DNA of 64,000 nt from an uncultured Alphaproteobacteria bacterium (lineage in GTDB: Bacteria > Pseudomonadota > Alphaproteobacteria > HIMB59 > GCA-002718135): NCBI GenBank assembly GCA_902614085.1, contig CACMJS010000003.1, positions 7,928 to 71,927 on the forward strand, read 5' to 3'. Below, piece by piece: positions 1 to 10,744 of this stretch. The notes beneath the pieces were generated by a model. It did not search any database. It saw nothing but the letters and a program-made list of their open reading frames with translations, and was not told where the DNA came from. A program made the translations under genes and the position numbers. Position 1 is the first letter of the stretch, and each line of letters begins with the position of its first letter.

Positions 1-1
1 T

Positions 2-1315
2 ATTAGAAAGAAAATGATAGATAGAAACTTTGTTGAATTTCAAACTCCCATTCTTACTTCATCATCTCCAGAAGGAGCAAGAGATTATTTAGTTCCATCT
101 AGAATACATCAAGGTAAATTTTATGCTCTGCCTCAGGCACCTCAGCAATTTAAACAATTATTAATGATTGCTGGTTTTGATAAATATTTTCAAATTGCAC
201 CATGTTTTAGAGATGAAGACAGTAGAGCAGATCGTTCTCCGGGTGAATTCTATCAACTAGACTTTGAGATGAGTTTTGTAACTCAAGAAGATGTGTTTGA
301 CGCTATTGAGCCAGTTTTATTTGAAATATTTGATGAAAATAAGAAAAATAATGAAATTAAAGTAAGTCCTTATCCATTTAGAAGAATACCTTACAAGGAG
401 TCAATGGAAGTTTATGGTTCTGACAAGCCTGATTTACGAAATCCACTTCTTATAGATGATTATACAAATGTATTTAAAGGTTCAAACTTTAAAATATTTA
501 GTAATCAAATAGAGAAAGGATCAGTTGTTAAGGGAATAATTGTTAAAAATACTGGCGATCAACCTAGGAGTTTCTTTGATAAATTAAATAATTGGGCAAG
601 AGAAGAGGGTGCAGCAGGATTAGGCTATATTACATTTACAGAAAATAGTTTCAAAGGTCCTATTGCAAAGAATTTAAATGAAGATCAATTATCATTATTA
701 AAACTTGTAGAAAATGATTCAATATTTTTCATTTGTGATAAATTAAAAGAGGCTCAATTATTTTCTGGTAAAGTAAGAGAAAAAATTTGTAATAATTTAA
801 ATTTGCTTAATGAAAATTCTTTTGAATTTTGTTGGATAGTTGATTTTCCAATGTATGAAATTGATGAAAAAACTAATAAAATACAATTTAGTCATAATCC
901 TTTTTCAATGCCTCAAGGTGAGATGGAATCTTTAGAAAAAAAAGATCCTCTTGATATTAAAGCATATCAATACGATATTGTGTGTAATGGTGTAGAGTTA
1001 TCTTCTGGTGCAATTAGAAATCATAAACCAGAAATTATGTATAAAGCCTTTGATATAGCTGGATATTCAAAAAAAGAATTAGAGGATAAATTTTCAGGAA
1101 TGCTTAATGCTCTCAAGTTTGGAGCACCTCCTCACGGAGGTAGCGCACCAGGTATTGATAGAATTGTTATGCTACTTGCTGATGAGCCTAACATTAGGGA
1201 AGTAATAGCATTTCCAATGAATCAACAAGCTATGGATTTAATGATGGATGCTCCTGCAAGTATTGATAAAGAAAGATTAGAAGAATTAGGTATTAAATTA
1301 ATAGATAAAAATTAA
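2..1315 (+). CDS. aspS: Aspartate--tRNA ligase, C-terminal part (5' end outside window)
   Basis: Class II motif 2 [31 protein letters not shown], motif 3 [12 protein letters not shown]. The frame is open back to the window start. Confidence 0.97.
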   Translation: MRKKMIDRNFVEFQTPILTSSSPEGARDYLVPSRIHQGKFYALPQAPQQFKQLLMIAGFDKYFQIAPCFRDEDSRADRSPGEFYQLDFEMSFVTQEDVFDAIEPVLFEIFDENKKNNEIKVSPYPFRRIPYKESMEVYGSDKPDLRNPLLIDDYTNVFKGSNFKIFSNQIEKGSVVKGIIVKNTGDQPRSFFDKLNNWAREEGAAGLGYITFTENSFKGPIAKNLNEDQLSLLKLVENDSIFFICDKLKEAQLFSGKVREKICNNLNLLNENSFEFCWIVDFPMYEIDEKTNKIQFSHNPFSMPQGEMESLEKKDPLDIKAYQYDIVCNGVELSSGAIRNHKPEIMYKAFDIAGYSKKELEDKFSGMLNALKFGAPPHGGSAPGIDRIVMLLADEPNIREVIAFPMNQQAMDLMMDAPASIDKERLEELGIKLIDKN

Positions 1316-2194
1316 TCCTGTTCCAAAAATTGCAATAATTGTCCCCACCCATGCACCATAAGAGGGTATTTTTTTTGTTAAAATCCAAAGAAGAAATAAT
1401 ATCATTATTGGACTAGTGGATGATAAAGTCGCAACAATACCTGCATCAGCTTTTTGTAATGCGATTAAAAGTAAGCTCATACCTAAGGCCATTCCTAAAA
1501 AACCACTAAGAATTGATTGGTAAATAATTTTTGATGTAAGATTAACTTTAGTATTAAAAACTTCATAATTTAAAAAAAAAGTAAACGATAAAAAAATACA
1601 TGAAATAGTAGTCCTAATTGCTGCTGAAGCTATTGGATCTGCTCCGTCTGATAATATAGGTTTCATCATAACCAATCCAATTGCTTGGCACAACGCAGCT
1701 CCAATGGATAGAATAATTCCTACATAAAGTGGACCTTCTACTTTTTCCCATCTATGCTCTGATGATCCTTTTTTATCTCCATAGGAAATTGCAAAAACAA
1801 CACCAAAAAAAACAACAAAACATCCAATAATACTTATAGTTGAAGCAAGTTCATTTAGAAAAAAAATATTAATTACTACAGTAAAAGGAGCAGCTAATGA
1901 AAATAAAATATTATTTCTTCTCGGTCCAATTTTTTGCAAAGCAATAAATAATAAAGTATCACCTAAGAATATGCCTACAATTCCTGAAATTATAATAATA
2001 GTTAAGTATTCAACACTAATTGTATTCCAAGTATTTATATAAAATGTGTAAGTAATTAACATTATAGATACAAAAAATAATCTAAGACGATTAAAAGCCA
2101 AACCTCCAATAGTTCTAGTAACATCTGCTGATACTAAAGATGCAACTGCCCAACAGAGTGCAGCAGCCATTGCAATAAAGTAATAATAGATCAT
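1298..2194 (-). CDS. EamA/DMT family transporter
   Basis: About 10 hydrophobic helices in two repeated halves; [10 protein letters not shown] and end-of-protein pattern typical of EamA. Confidence 0.85.
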   Translation of the reverse strand: MIYYYFIAMAAALCWAVASLVSADVTRTIGGLAFNRLRLFFVSIMLITYTFYINTWNTISVEYLTIIIISGIVGIFLGDTLLFIALQKIGPRRNNILFSLAAPFTVVINIFFLNELASTISIIGCFVVFFGVVFAISYGDKKGSSEHRWEKVEGPLYVGIILSIGAALCQAIGLVMMKPILSDGADPIASAAIRTTISCIFLSFTFFLNYEVFNTKVNLTSKIIYQSILSGFLGMALGMSLLLIALQKADAGIVATLSSTSPIMILFLLWILTKKIPSYGAWVGTIIAIFGTGLIFIY

Positions 2195-2202
2195 ATTATT
2201 TA

Positions 2203-2391
2203 TTAAAATAAACTTAAAATAAATTTAATAGGTATTGATAAATACTCACCTAAAAGATGTTCTTGTAATGCAATTCTTTTAATTAATCCTGTAGCTCTTA
2301 ATATTGCATATATTACTAAAGCCCATAAATAAATTCCAAAAATAAAATTTATGTATGATATTATTTTTTTAAATTTGTTATAATAATTCAT
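2203..2391 (-). CDS. Small hypothetical membrane protein (62 aa)
   Basis: Fills the gap between the EamA gene and alkA and has one hydrophobic helix; no family recognised. Confidence 0.45.
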   Translation of the reverse strand: MNYYNKFKKIISYINFIFGIYLWALVIYAILRATGLIKRIALQEHLLGEYLSIPIKFILSLF

Positions 2392-3009
2392 ATGAAACCT
2401 AAATATTGGAATAAAGGTAAGATTTTTCTATCAAATAAAGATAAAGTTTTGAAGAAATTAATTCAAACTTATAGGAATGAATATTTAAATCTAAATTCTA
2501 ATTATTTTCATTCATTAATTAATTCAATAATTGGTCAACAAATATCTGTATCTGCAGCTGATTCGATGAAAACTAAATTTTTTAAACTTAAAAGAAATAT
2601 AACACCACAAACTGTATCTAAATTACGTACTACAGATTTACGAAAATGTGGTCTATCAAGACAAAAAATTTTATATATAAGAAATATTTCTAATTTTTTT
2701 TTACAAAACAAGGAATTCATAAAAAATATTAATAAATCTTCTGAAGAAGAAATTTATAATAATTTAATTGAAATAAAAGGAGTAGGGAATTGGACTATTC
2801 ATATGTTTTTAATGTTTAGTTATGGAAGTTCAAATATTTTTCCAACAGGTGATTTAGGGTTTTTAAAAGCTATTTCAAAACTTTATAAAGTTCAACTTCC
2901 TATAAGTGAAAGAAAACTTAAATTGCTTTATAAAAAATGGAGTCCATATAGTTCACAAGCCACATGGTATTTATGGAGATCATTGGACCCCATTCCAGTT
3001 AATTATTGA
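2392..3009 (+). CDS. alkA: DNA-3-methyladenine glycosylase II (HhH-GPD family)
   Basis: SIIGQQISVSAA, helix-hairpin-helix IKGVGNWT, FPTGDLG with catalytic Asp, WSPYSS. Confidence 0.85.
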   Translation: MKPKYWNKGKIFLSNKDKVLKKLIQTYRNEYLNLNSNYFHSLINSIIGQQISVSAADSMKTKFFKLKRNITPQTVSKLRTTDLRKCGLSRQKILYIRNISNFFLQNKEFIKNINKSSEEEIYNNLIEIKGVGNWTIHMFLMFSYGSSNIFPTGDLGFLKAISKLYKVQLPISERKLKLLYKKWSPYSSQATWYLWRSLDPIPVNY

Positions 3010-4441
3010 TATTTGCTCCTTGTTCAATCCAAACTTTTAATATCTCTCTTTCATTTTTTGTAATACCAGTAAGATTATTTGGAGGCATAATTTCAGCATC
3101 AATAGCCTGAGCTTTGATTAATTTTATATTATTTACAATATCTTGAGCAGTGTCATATACAACTCCTTTTGGTGCTGCTTCAATTCCTTCAAAAGTTGGA
3201 TATTTAGCATGACATGTTCCACATCTGTATTTAATTATATTTTGTACTTCATTGAAACTTACTATTTCTAAAGAAAGAGATGCATTTGCATCTTTTTTTT
3301 CAAATATTGAAAGACTACTTAAAGTCATTAAAAAAAACATGATTAAACCTGCTGATGGTAAAATCCAAAATTTATATTGTTTTTTATTTCTTAAATTAAA
3401 GTAATGACGAGTTAAAATACCAGCTATTGATATAACAGCTAAAATTAACCAATTATTTACTGCTCCATACGTAAAAGAGAAATGTGAACTAATCATAATA
3501 AATAAAACAGGTAGTGTAAAATAATTATTATGAATTGATCTGTTTTTTGCTTCTAATGAAAGATTTAAATTTGGCTTTTGTTTATTTTCAGCTGATGAAA
3601 CAAGATTTCTTTGTGCAGGAATAATTACTCTAAAAACATTAGCCGCCATAATGGTGCCAATAATTGCTCCAACATGTATGTATGCAGCTCTTGATCCATA
3701 AATTTGGGTTAAAAAATAACTTAATAATATAAATAATAAAACACCAGTTGCAATCAAAGTTTGTTCATTATCTTTTAAAACATTTTTACAAAGATAATCA
3801 TATAGAAGCCAAGATCCTATAAGTAAGAATATAGATATTAATATTGCTTGAAATGGTGTTAATATAATACCGCTTGCTCCCAACATCATAGAGCTTGCAT
3901 TTAAATAATAAACTAAAATAAGTAGTATAAAACCACTTATCCAAGTTGCATATGCTTCCCATTTAAACCAATGAAGAACTTTTGGAAGTTTTTTAGGAGG
4001 TCCTTTTAATTTTTCAATTCTATAAAACCCACCTGAATGAACAGACCATAAATAACCATCAAGATGTTTAAAATCTGGATCATCTCTTTCCAGTCTACTA
4101 TCGAGCCAATTAAAATAAAATGATGTTCCAATCCATGCTACTCCAACAATTATATGAACCCATCTAACAATTAAATGTAACCACTCAGAATATACTGCAA
4201 ATAATGTTTCTGTTGGAACGCCTAAATTATAAAAAGCTGCAGTAAAAGATATGACTATAGTTATTGCAATTACAATATAGAGCCTTTGTTCTTTAGATTT
4301 TAAACTTGAAAATGCCCCGAGAATAAAAAATAATAATAAACCTAATAATACAGATGCTGGTAGTGACAAAAGTAAATTATGAAAAAAGGTTTGAAAGTCA
4401 TAAGATTGAACTGGTGCAACAATTTTAAGAAATAATTCCAT
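2999..4441 (-). CDS. puuD: Membrane urate hydroxylase PuuD (urate oxidase N domain plus cytochrome c) with N-terminal extension
   Basis: RWVHIIVGVAWIGTSFYF, WSVHSGGFY, WFKWEAYATWISGF, HNNYFTLPVLFIMISSH, C-terminal heme motif CGTCH; lies in the xdh operon. Confidence 0.92.
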   Translation of the reverse strand: MELFLKIVAPVQSYDFQTFFHNLLLSLPASVLLGLLLFFILGAFSSLKSKEQRLYIVIAITIVISFTAAFYNLGVPTETLFAVYSEWLHLIVRWVHIIVGVAWIGTSFYFNWLDSRLERDDPDFKHLDGYLWSVHSGGFYRIEKLKGPPKKLPKVLHWFKWEAYATWISGFILLILVYYLNASSMMLGASGIILTPFQAILISIFLLIGSWLLYDYLCKNVLKDNEQTLIATGVLLFILLSYFLTQIYGSRAAYIHVGAIIGTIMAANVFRVIIPAQRNLVSSAENKQKPNLNLSLEAKNRSIHNNYFTLPVLFIMISSHFSFTYGAVNNWLILAVISIAGILTRHYFNLRNKKQYKFWILPSAGLIMFFLMTLSSLSIFEKKDANASLSLEIVSFNEVQNIIKYRCGTCHAKYPTFEGIEAAPKGVVYDTAQDIVNNIKLIKAQAIDAEIMPPNNLTGITKNEREILKVWIEQGANINN

Positions 4442-4442
4442 T

Positions 4443-4910
4443 TTAATATCTTATTTTATTTTCTTCTTTTTCCCAAATATTAAATGCTTTTATTGCCTCA
4501 TCACGTGATATTTGACTGATAGGAATTTTTCTCTCTTTCATTTCTACTGATAGTTCATCATAAATAAACTTGTCATCAAATTTAATTTTTGCAGCATCTT
4601 CTCTAGAATTACCATAATATACTTTGTCTATATGTGACCAATATATCGCACTCAAGCACATAGGACATGGTTCGCAACTGGAATACAATTCACAACCTTC
4701 TAAGTTAAAGGTATTTAATTTTTGACATGCATTTCTAATGGCAACAATTTCAGCGTGAGCAGTAGGATCATTATTAAATGTTACTCTATTTACTCCTTCT
4801 GCAATAATTTCATTTTCTTTTACAATAACACATCCAAAAGGACCTCCATTATTTTTGATATTATCAATTGACAATAAAATAGCTCTTTTCATAAAATCTA
4901 TATTTGTCAT
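4443..4910 (-). CDS. guaD: Guanine deaminase, cytidine-deaminase fold (B. subtilis GuaD type)
   Basis: GGPFG, DPTAHAE, CEPCPMC zinc motifs, C-terminal Tyr; lies in the purine operon. Confidence 0.88.
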   Translation of the reverse strand: MTNIDFMKRAILLSIDNIKNNGGPFGCVIVKENEIIAEGVNRVTFNNDPTAHAEIVAIRNACQKLNTFNLEGCELYSSCEPCPMCLSAIYWSHIDKVYYGNSREDAAKIKFDDKFIYDELSVEMKERKIPISQISRDEAIKAFNIWEKEENKIRY

Positions 4911-5737
4911 ATAACTTCTTTAATTTTATTATTTGATAAATGTTTTAAGCTATTTTTTATTGATATTATTCTTGTAATTATTGAGAAAGCTATTTCATTT
5001 GGATCTTTTGAATTACCAATATCAATTCCAATCGGACACTCAATTTTCTCAACTATAGATTTATTGTGACCATTATCAATTAATCTTTTATGAAACCTTT
5101 TTTTCTTTGTAAGAGATCCAATTAAACCAACAAAAGTATTATTTTTTTTCAAAATTTCATTTAATATTTTTAAGTCATAATCATGACTGTGAGTTAAGAC
5201 TATAAAATAAGAATTATCTTCTAGTTTTGATACAATCTCCCAAGGTTTTTTCGAAAGTAAATAATTTACATCTTTGATATTTGTCATTTTTAAATAATCT
5301 TCTCTTGAATCAATTATAAAAGTATTAAAATTAATATTTTCTAATTTAGAAATTAACGCTTGACCAATATGTCCTGATCCAAAGATATATAAGTTAGGTT
5401 TAATATTATTAACAACATATTCATTTTTTAGTGCATCTTTGGAATTATTATGTAAGCTTAATTTAACTTGTACGTATCCACCACAACATTGTCCAATTCC
5501 TGGCCCAAGCGGAATATTCATTACTTTATTTGCTATATTATTATCAATTAATCTTTTTGCTTCATCGATAACTAAATACTCTAAGTTTCCGCCACCGATA
5601 GTTCCAAAGATAGTACCAGTTGAGATTAATATAATATCGTCTAAACTATTGGGCGATGATCCTTTAACTTCAATAATTTTAGCCTTAACTATTTTACTAT
5701 TAAAATTTATATTTTTACTTAATTTTTTAAGATACAT
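4907..5737 (-). CDS. xdhC: Xanthine dehydrogenase accessory protein XdhC
   Basis: GTIGGGNLE, LGPGIGQCCGG, FGSGHIG, THSHDYD, GLIGS, CPIG; directly follows xdhB. Confidence 0.93.
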   Translation of the reverse strand: MYLKKLSKNINFNSKIVKAKIIEVKGSSPNSLDDIILISTGTIFGTIGGGNLEYLVIDEAKRLIDNNIANKVMNIPLGPGIGQCCGGYVQVKLSLHNNSKDALKNEYVVNNIKPNLYIFGSGHIGQALISKLENINFNTFIIDSREDYLKMTNIKDVNYLLSKKPWEIVSKLEDNSYFIVLTHSHDYDLKILNEILKKNNTFVGLIGSLTKKKRFHKRLIDNGHNKSIVEKIECPIGIDIGNSKDPNEIAFSIITRIISIKNSLKHLSNNKIKEVI

Positions 5738-5738
5738 T

Positions 5739-8012
5739 TTAATGCAAACTTTTTAATATATTTTCAGCAGTAGCAGGTGCAATTAAATTTTCAGAATTTT
5801 TTCCTTTATTGGCATTATATACTGCGTCCTTTAATGCAATAAAACTTGAAATTGCTAGCATAAATGGTGGCTCTCCAACAGCTTTAGAGCGATTAATAAC
5901 CTTTTCTTTATTAAAACCATGATCATAAATTTCGACATTAAATTTAAATGGTGTCTCACCTGCAGTTGGTATTTTGTAAGTAGAAGGACTATGAGTTGCT
6001 AGAACTCCATTTGATTTCCAAGACACTTCTTCAGTTGTGAGCCAACCTAATCCTTGAATATAGCCACCCTCAATTTGTCCTTTATCAATTCTCTTATTTA
6101 TAGAATTGCCAACATCATGAATTATATCAACTTGAAGTATTTTATTTTCACCAGTTAATTTATCAATAATTACTTCTGTTACTGCTGCTCCATAAGTAAA
6201 ATACAAGAACGGCCTTCCTTGAAGTGTTTTTGTATTTACATTAATTTTGTCAGTTTTATAAAAACCTGAAGATGACAATGGAATTCTATTCAAGTAAGCA
6301 GTATTTATCAATTCTTTAAAAGATATTTTTCTTTTATCAAAATAAACAAAATTATTTTCATATTTTATTTTGCTATTTGTTTTAAAATAATCATAGATAA
6401 ATTCATTTAAACCTGATTTGATATTATTTATAGCATTAACAATTGCTGCTCCATTTATATCAGTTGTAGCTGATGCTGCACTTGCTGATGTGTTAGGCAC
6501 TTTTTCTGTATCCGTTGAAGAGATTTTTATATTTTCGTAATAAAGGCCAAATTCATTAGAAGCCACTAAAGCAAGTTTCGTCATTAATCCTTGACCCATT
6601 TCAATTCCTCCATGATTTAAATGAATGGATCCATCAGTGTAGATATGAACTAAGGCACCACCTTGGTTTAAATGAGTAGTTGTAAATGATATTCCAAACT
6701 TTACAGGCGTTATTGCTATTCCTTTTTTTAGAACTTTATTTTTTTTATTAAAATTATTAATTTCTGCTCTTCTTTTTTTGTAATTAGATTTCTTAATTAG
6801 TTTATTAAAAATATCTTCAATCACATTGTCAGTAATTCTCATTCCATAATGAGTAGTATTTTTAATTTTATCTTTATAAAAATTAATTTTTCTTATTTCA
6901 CTTGCTTCTCTATTTAATTTTTGAGCAATGTTTTCAATTATATTTTCAATACAAAACATTCCTTGAGGCCCACCAAATCCACGAAAAGCTGTATTAGAAA
7001 CAGTATTTGTTTTACATCTATACGAATTAATTTCTATATTTGGTAAGAAGTAGGCATTATCTATATGATAGATGGCTCTATCATTTATAGCTCCTGATAA
7101 ATCCGGAGAGATACCGCATCTCGATGCCATCATTATTTTTAGAGCAAGTATTTCACCACTATTATTAAAACCCACTTCATAATCAAATAAAAAATCATGT
7201 CTTTTTCCAGTCATGATCATATCATCATCTCTATCGACTCTTAACTTTACTGGTTTAGATAACTTTTTTGCAGCAATGCTTGTAATGGCTGCAAACAAAA
7301 AAGATTGTGTTTCTTTTCCTCCAAAACCACCACCAATTCTTCTTACTATAACATGGATACTATTGTAATTTTGTTTAAGAACTTTACCGATAATTTGCTG
7401 TGTTTCTGATGGATGTTGTGTTGAAGAATAAACTAAAAAATTATTATCTTCTTGTGGAATAGTCATTGCAATTTGACCTTCTAAGTAAAAATGATCTTGA
7501 CCTCCTGAATACAATTTACCTTTTAGAATGTTGTTAGATTTTTTAAACCCATATTTTATATTTCCTCTAGTTAGATGCTTCGGTTTTAAAACAAATGATT
7601 TTTTCTTTAATGCTTCTTCAATTGAAACAATCGGTTTAGATATTTTTAAGTCTATTTTTACTTTTAATGCAGCTTTTTTTGCTAAATTATTGGTCTTTGC
7701 TATAACTGCAAAAATTGGTTGTCCATAATATTCTATATTTTTTGAAGTAAATATTTTATCTCCCTTAAATATTGGCCCAACATCATTTATACCTTCAATG
7801 TCTTTTTCAGTAATAATGTCTACTACACCTTCTGAAGATAAAACATCTTTATAATCAATTTTTTTTATTACTCCTTTACTGCAATTACTGTATCCAATTA
7901 CTGCGTGAAGTAAATTTTTAGGCTCTGATATATCATCAGTATAAATTGCTTTTCCAGTAACATGTTTTACTGCACTTTCATGTTCAATATTTTTTGTAAA
8001 TATTTTATCCAT
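5739..8012 (-). CDS. xdhB: Xanthine dehydrogenase molybdopterin-binding subunit
   Basis: GGQDHFYLEGQ, GGGFGGKETQS, AFRGFGGPQG, HGGIEMGQG, GQIEGG, SKAVGEPP. Confidence 0.96.
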   Translation of the reverse strand: MDKIFTKNIEHESAVKHVTGKAIYTDDISEPKNLLHAVIGYSNCSKGVIKKIDYKDVLSSEGVVDIITEKDIEGINDVGPIFKGDKIFTSKNIEYYGQPIFAVIAKTNNLAKKAALKVKIDLKISKPIVSIEEALKKKSFVLKPKHLTRGNIKYGFKKSNNILKGKLYSGGQDHFYLEGQIAMTIPQEDNNFLVYSSTQHPSETQQIIGKVLKQNYNSIHVIVRRIGGGFGGKETQSFLFAAITSIAAKKLSKPVKLRVDRDDDMIMTGKRHDFLFDYEVGFNNSGEILALKIMMASRCGISPDLSGAINDRAIYHIDNAYFLPNIEINSYRCKTNTVSNTAFRGFGGPQGMFCIENIIENIAQKLNREASEIRKINFYKDKIKNTTHYGMRITDNVIEDIFNKLIKKSNYKKRRAEINNFNKKNKVLKKGIAITPVKFGISFTTTHLNQGGALVHIYTDGSIHLNHGGIEMGQGLMTKLALVASNEFGLYYENIKISSTDTEKVPNTSASAASATTDINGAAIVNAINNIKSGLNEFIYDYFKTNSKIKYENNFVYFDKRKISFKELINTAYLNRIPLSSSGFYKTDKINVNTKTLQGRPFLYFTYGAAVTEVIIDKLTGENKILQVDIIHDVGNSINKRIDKGQIEGGYIQGLGWLTTEEVSWKSNGVLATHSPSTYKIPTAGETPFKFNVEIYDHGFNKEKVINRSKAVGEPPFMLAISSFIALKDAVYNANKGKNSENLIAPATAENILKSLH

Positions 8013-9427
8013 TAATATAACGTTGATTTAATTTTATTATTTTCATATAAAAACCTCTCTAAAAGGTTTTGACTAATTTTAGTTCTATAATTTTTTGACG
8101 CTCTCATATCATCTATTGGATCAAATTCTTTTTTAATAATTTTCTTTGCTTCATTAATATTTTCTTCATTAAATATTTTATTCAATAAAAATTTTTGTGC
8201 TTTTTTAGCTATTTTTGGAGTTTCTGCTAAACCTCCACAAACAATTTTTATTTCTTTAATAATATTTTTTTCAATCCTAGCATTTATAGCCATGAAAACA
8301 GAACTTATGTCATCATCTATTCTTTTTGAAATTTTATAACATTTAAGAATATTTTTTTTATAAATGGGTATTATAATTTCTTTAATTATTTCATTATGTT
8401 TTAATTTAGTTTTTCGATAGCTGAGAAAATAATTATCCAATAATAAAGTTTTTTTAACTTTTCCTTGAATTACAATTTTACTATTGAGTGCAATTAACAC
8501 AGGCAAACTATCACCTATTGGAGATGCGCTTCCAATGTTACCTCCAAGAGATGCAGTATTTCTTATTTGCTCAGATCCGTATCTTTCAAACATTTTCGCA
8601 AATGTTGGATAAATATTTTCTAAAATTGGTAAAATATCATTTATGGGGGTAGCGGATCCAATGTGTAAATTATTGTTTTTATTTTTAACATAATTTAAAT
8701 CTTTATTTGATCCTAAATAAAAAATATTTTTTAAATCTTTTCTTTTTTTTGTTACTTCAAGTGCAAGATCTGTACCCCCGACTAGTAAATGTCCATTACT
8801 AATCTTTTGATAGTCTTTTATTAGAGAATTTAAATTATAATGGATGAAAAACTTAGAATCATTTTTTTTAATAACAATATCAGTTTTCTTAATTGATTTT
8901 AATAATCTAATAACTTTACTTTTTGAAAATTTATTACTTTTATAGCTATACATATTCTTAATTGCATTTTTAATTGGAAGATAACCTGTACATCTACATA
9001 AATTTCCAGAAAGAAATTTATCTATATTCTCTTCTGTTGGTTTTATTTTGTTTTTGTACATATTATACATAGACATAATAATACCAGGTGTACAAAAACC
9101 ACATTGAGATCCATCACTATCAATCATTGATTGTTGAACAGGATGGAGTTTATTTTTTTGTATATGCTCAACTGTAATTAATTGCTTGCCATGTAGAGAG
9201 TACAAAAAAGTAATACAAGTATTTATACTTTTATAAGAAATTTTATTCTCTTTTAATTCTCCTACAACTGCAGTACATGCTCCACAATCACCAGATGCGC
9301 AACCTTCTTTTGTTCCAGTTAACTCATGATTGTTTCGAAGATAATTCAAGACCGTTATATTTGTGTCTAAATCTTTGATAGAGATTTTTTCTTCATTAAG
9401 AAGAAAATCGACATGCGCTCTAGACAC
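8012..9427 (-). CDS. xdhA: Xanthine dehydrogenase small (2Fe-2S/FAD) subunit
   Basis: GTKEGCASGDCGACT, SQCGFCTPG, GNLCRCTGY, GGNIGSASPIGD, KISKRIDDDIS. Confidence 0.96.
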   Translation of the reverse strand: MSRAHVDFLLNEEKISIKDLDTNITVLNYLRNNHELTGTKEGCASGDCGACTAVVGELKENKISYKSINTCITFLYSLHGKQLITVEHIQKNKLHPVQQSMIDSDGSQCGFCTPGIIMSMYNMYKNKIKPTEENIDKFLSGNLCRCTGYLPIKNAIKNMYSYKSNKFSKSKVIRLLKSIKKTDIVIKKNDSKFFIHYNLNSLIKDYQKISNGHLLVGGTDLALEVTKKRKDLKNIFYLGSNKDLNYVKNKNNNLHIGSATPINDILPILENIYPTFAKMFERYGSEQIRNTASLGGNIGSASPIGDSLPVLIALNSKIVIQGKVKKTLLLDNYFLSYRKTKLKHNEIIKEIIIPIYKKNILKCYKISKRIDDDISSVFMAINARIEKNIIKEIKIVCGGLAETPKIAKKAQKFLLNKIFNEENINEAKKIIKKEFDPIDDMRASKNYRTKISQNLLERFLYENNKIKSTLY

Positions 9428-9780
9428 TAGCTTCCTCTATATGTTGAATAACTCCACGGGGTAATAAGAAGAGGTACATGGTAGTGCTCTTCTTTGTTAA
9501 TTCCAAATCTAATTATTACGTCATCAAGAAAGAATGGTTCATGAAGATTTGTAAATTCCTTAAAATAACTCCCGCAAAGAAATAATAACTCATATTTTCC
9601 AAGTATAAAATTCTCTTTACTTAATATAGGCTCATCACATCTGCCATCTTCATTGAGAATAAAATTTGAAATTTTAACTTTATTTTCACCATCAATTTTG
9701 AAAAGTGACCCTTTTATACCAGAACCAGGCTTACCATTATAGGTATCCAAAACATGAGTAGTTAAATATCCTTTAGACAT
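9427..9780 (-). CDS. uraH: 5-hydroxyisourate hydrolase
   Basis: LTTHVLD, DGR, HYHVPLL and C-terminal YSTYRGS signature. Confidence 0.96.
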   Translation of the reverse strand: MSKGYLTTHVLDTYNGKPGSGIKGSLFKIDGENKVKISNFILNEDGRCDEPILSKENFILGKYELLFLCGSYFKEFTNLHEPFFLDDVIIRFGINKEEHYHVPLLITPWSYSTYRGS

Positions 9781-9801
9781 AATACTTATTCGTTTATACA
9801 G

Positions 9802-9815
9802 TATTTAGCTAAATA
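9802..9815. promoter_or_regulatory. Perfect 14-bp palindrome TATTTAGCTAAATA in the 52-bp divergent promoter of the purine operons
   Basis: Directly visible, centred between the uraH and puuE start codons. AT-rich, so it could be chance. Confidence 0.4.
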
Positions 9816-9832
9816 TTAAATCAAGCATTTTT

Positions 9833-10744
9833 ATGAAAGACGACAGAAATTATAAAGGCTACGGAAATAATGACTCTAACTTTTATTGGCCTAATAAATC
9901 AAAACTCGCTCTTCAATTTGTTCTAAATTATGAGGAAGGTGCTGAAAATTCAATAATAAATGGTGACGAAGGATCAGAAACTTTTTTATCGGAAATAATT
10001 AATGCAAAGCAAATAATAGGTGCCAGAAATATGAATATGGAATCAATATATGAGTATGGCTCAAGAAGGGGTTTTTGGAGAATACATAATGAGTTTGAAA
10101 AAAGAAAATTACCTTTAACAATATTTGGAGTTGGTATGGCTTTAGAAAAAAATCCTGATGTTTGTGAACAAATAATTAAATCAAAGTATGAAGTAGCTAG
10201 CCATGGTTATCGATGGATAGACTATCAAAATATAACTGAGGAAGTTGAAAAAGAACATACTATAAAATGTAACAACATTATTAAAGATATTTTTGGTTAT
10301 TTTCCGTCTGGTTGGTATACTGGTAGAACAAGCCCAAATACAAGAAATATAATTTTAGAAAATACAAAAATTATTTACGATAGTGACTCCTATGCTGATG
10401 ATTTACCCTACTGGATAAAAGTAAAAAATAAAAAACATCTAATTATTCCATACACTCTAGATAATAATGATATGAGATTCTCTACCTTACAAGGTTTTAA
10501 CACAGGTGAGGATTTTTATAATTACTTAAAAAACTCATTTGATACATTATACAGAGAAGCAAACGAGTTCAATAAACCAAAAATGATGAGTGTGGGTTTA
10601 CATTGTCGATTAATAGCCAGACCTGGAAGATTTATGTCTTTGGTAAAATTTTTGAATTATGTTTCTGGTTATGATGATATTTGGATATGCAAAAGAGAGG
10701 AAATTGCCAATTATTGGTATGAAAATTTTAGTGATGAAAATTGA
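9833..10744 (+). CDS. puuE: Allantoinase PuuE (polysaccharide deacetylase fold)
   Basis: FVLNYEEGAE, ESIYEYGSRRGFWRI, HGYRWIDY, GWYTGR, PYTLDNNDMRF, GLHCRLIARPGR. Confidence 0.95.
   Translation: MKDDRNYKGYGNNDSNFYWPNKSKLALQFVLNYEEGAENSIINGDEGSETFLSEIINAKQIIGARNMNMESIYEYGSRRGFWRIHNEFEKRKLPLTIFGVGMALEKNPDVCEQIIKSKYEVASHGYRWIDYQNITEEVEKEHTIKCNNIIKDIFGYFPSGWYTGRTSPNTRNIILENTKIIYDSDSYADDLPYWIKVKNKKHLIIPYTLDNNDMRFSTLQGFNTGEDFYNYLKNSFDTLYREANEFNKPKMMSVGLHCRLIARPGRFMSLVKFLNYVSGYDDIWICKREEIANYWYENFSDEN

Noticed and set aside
5439-5756. 105-aa plus-strand ORF with CTYPPQHC, antisense to xdhC
   Set aside because: Lies wholly opposite conserved xdhC motifs; the Cys/Pro pattern is the reverse complement of Gly-rich codons.
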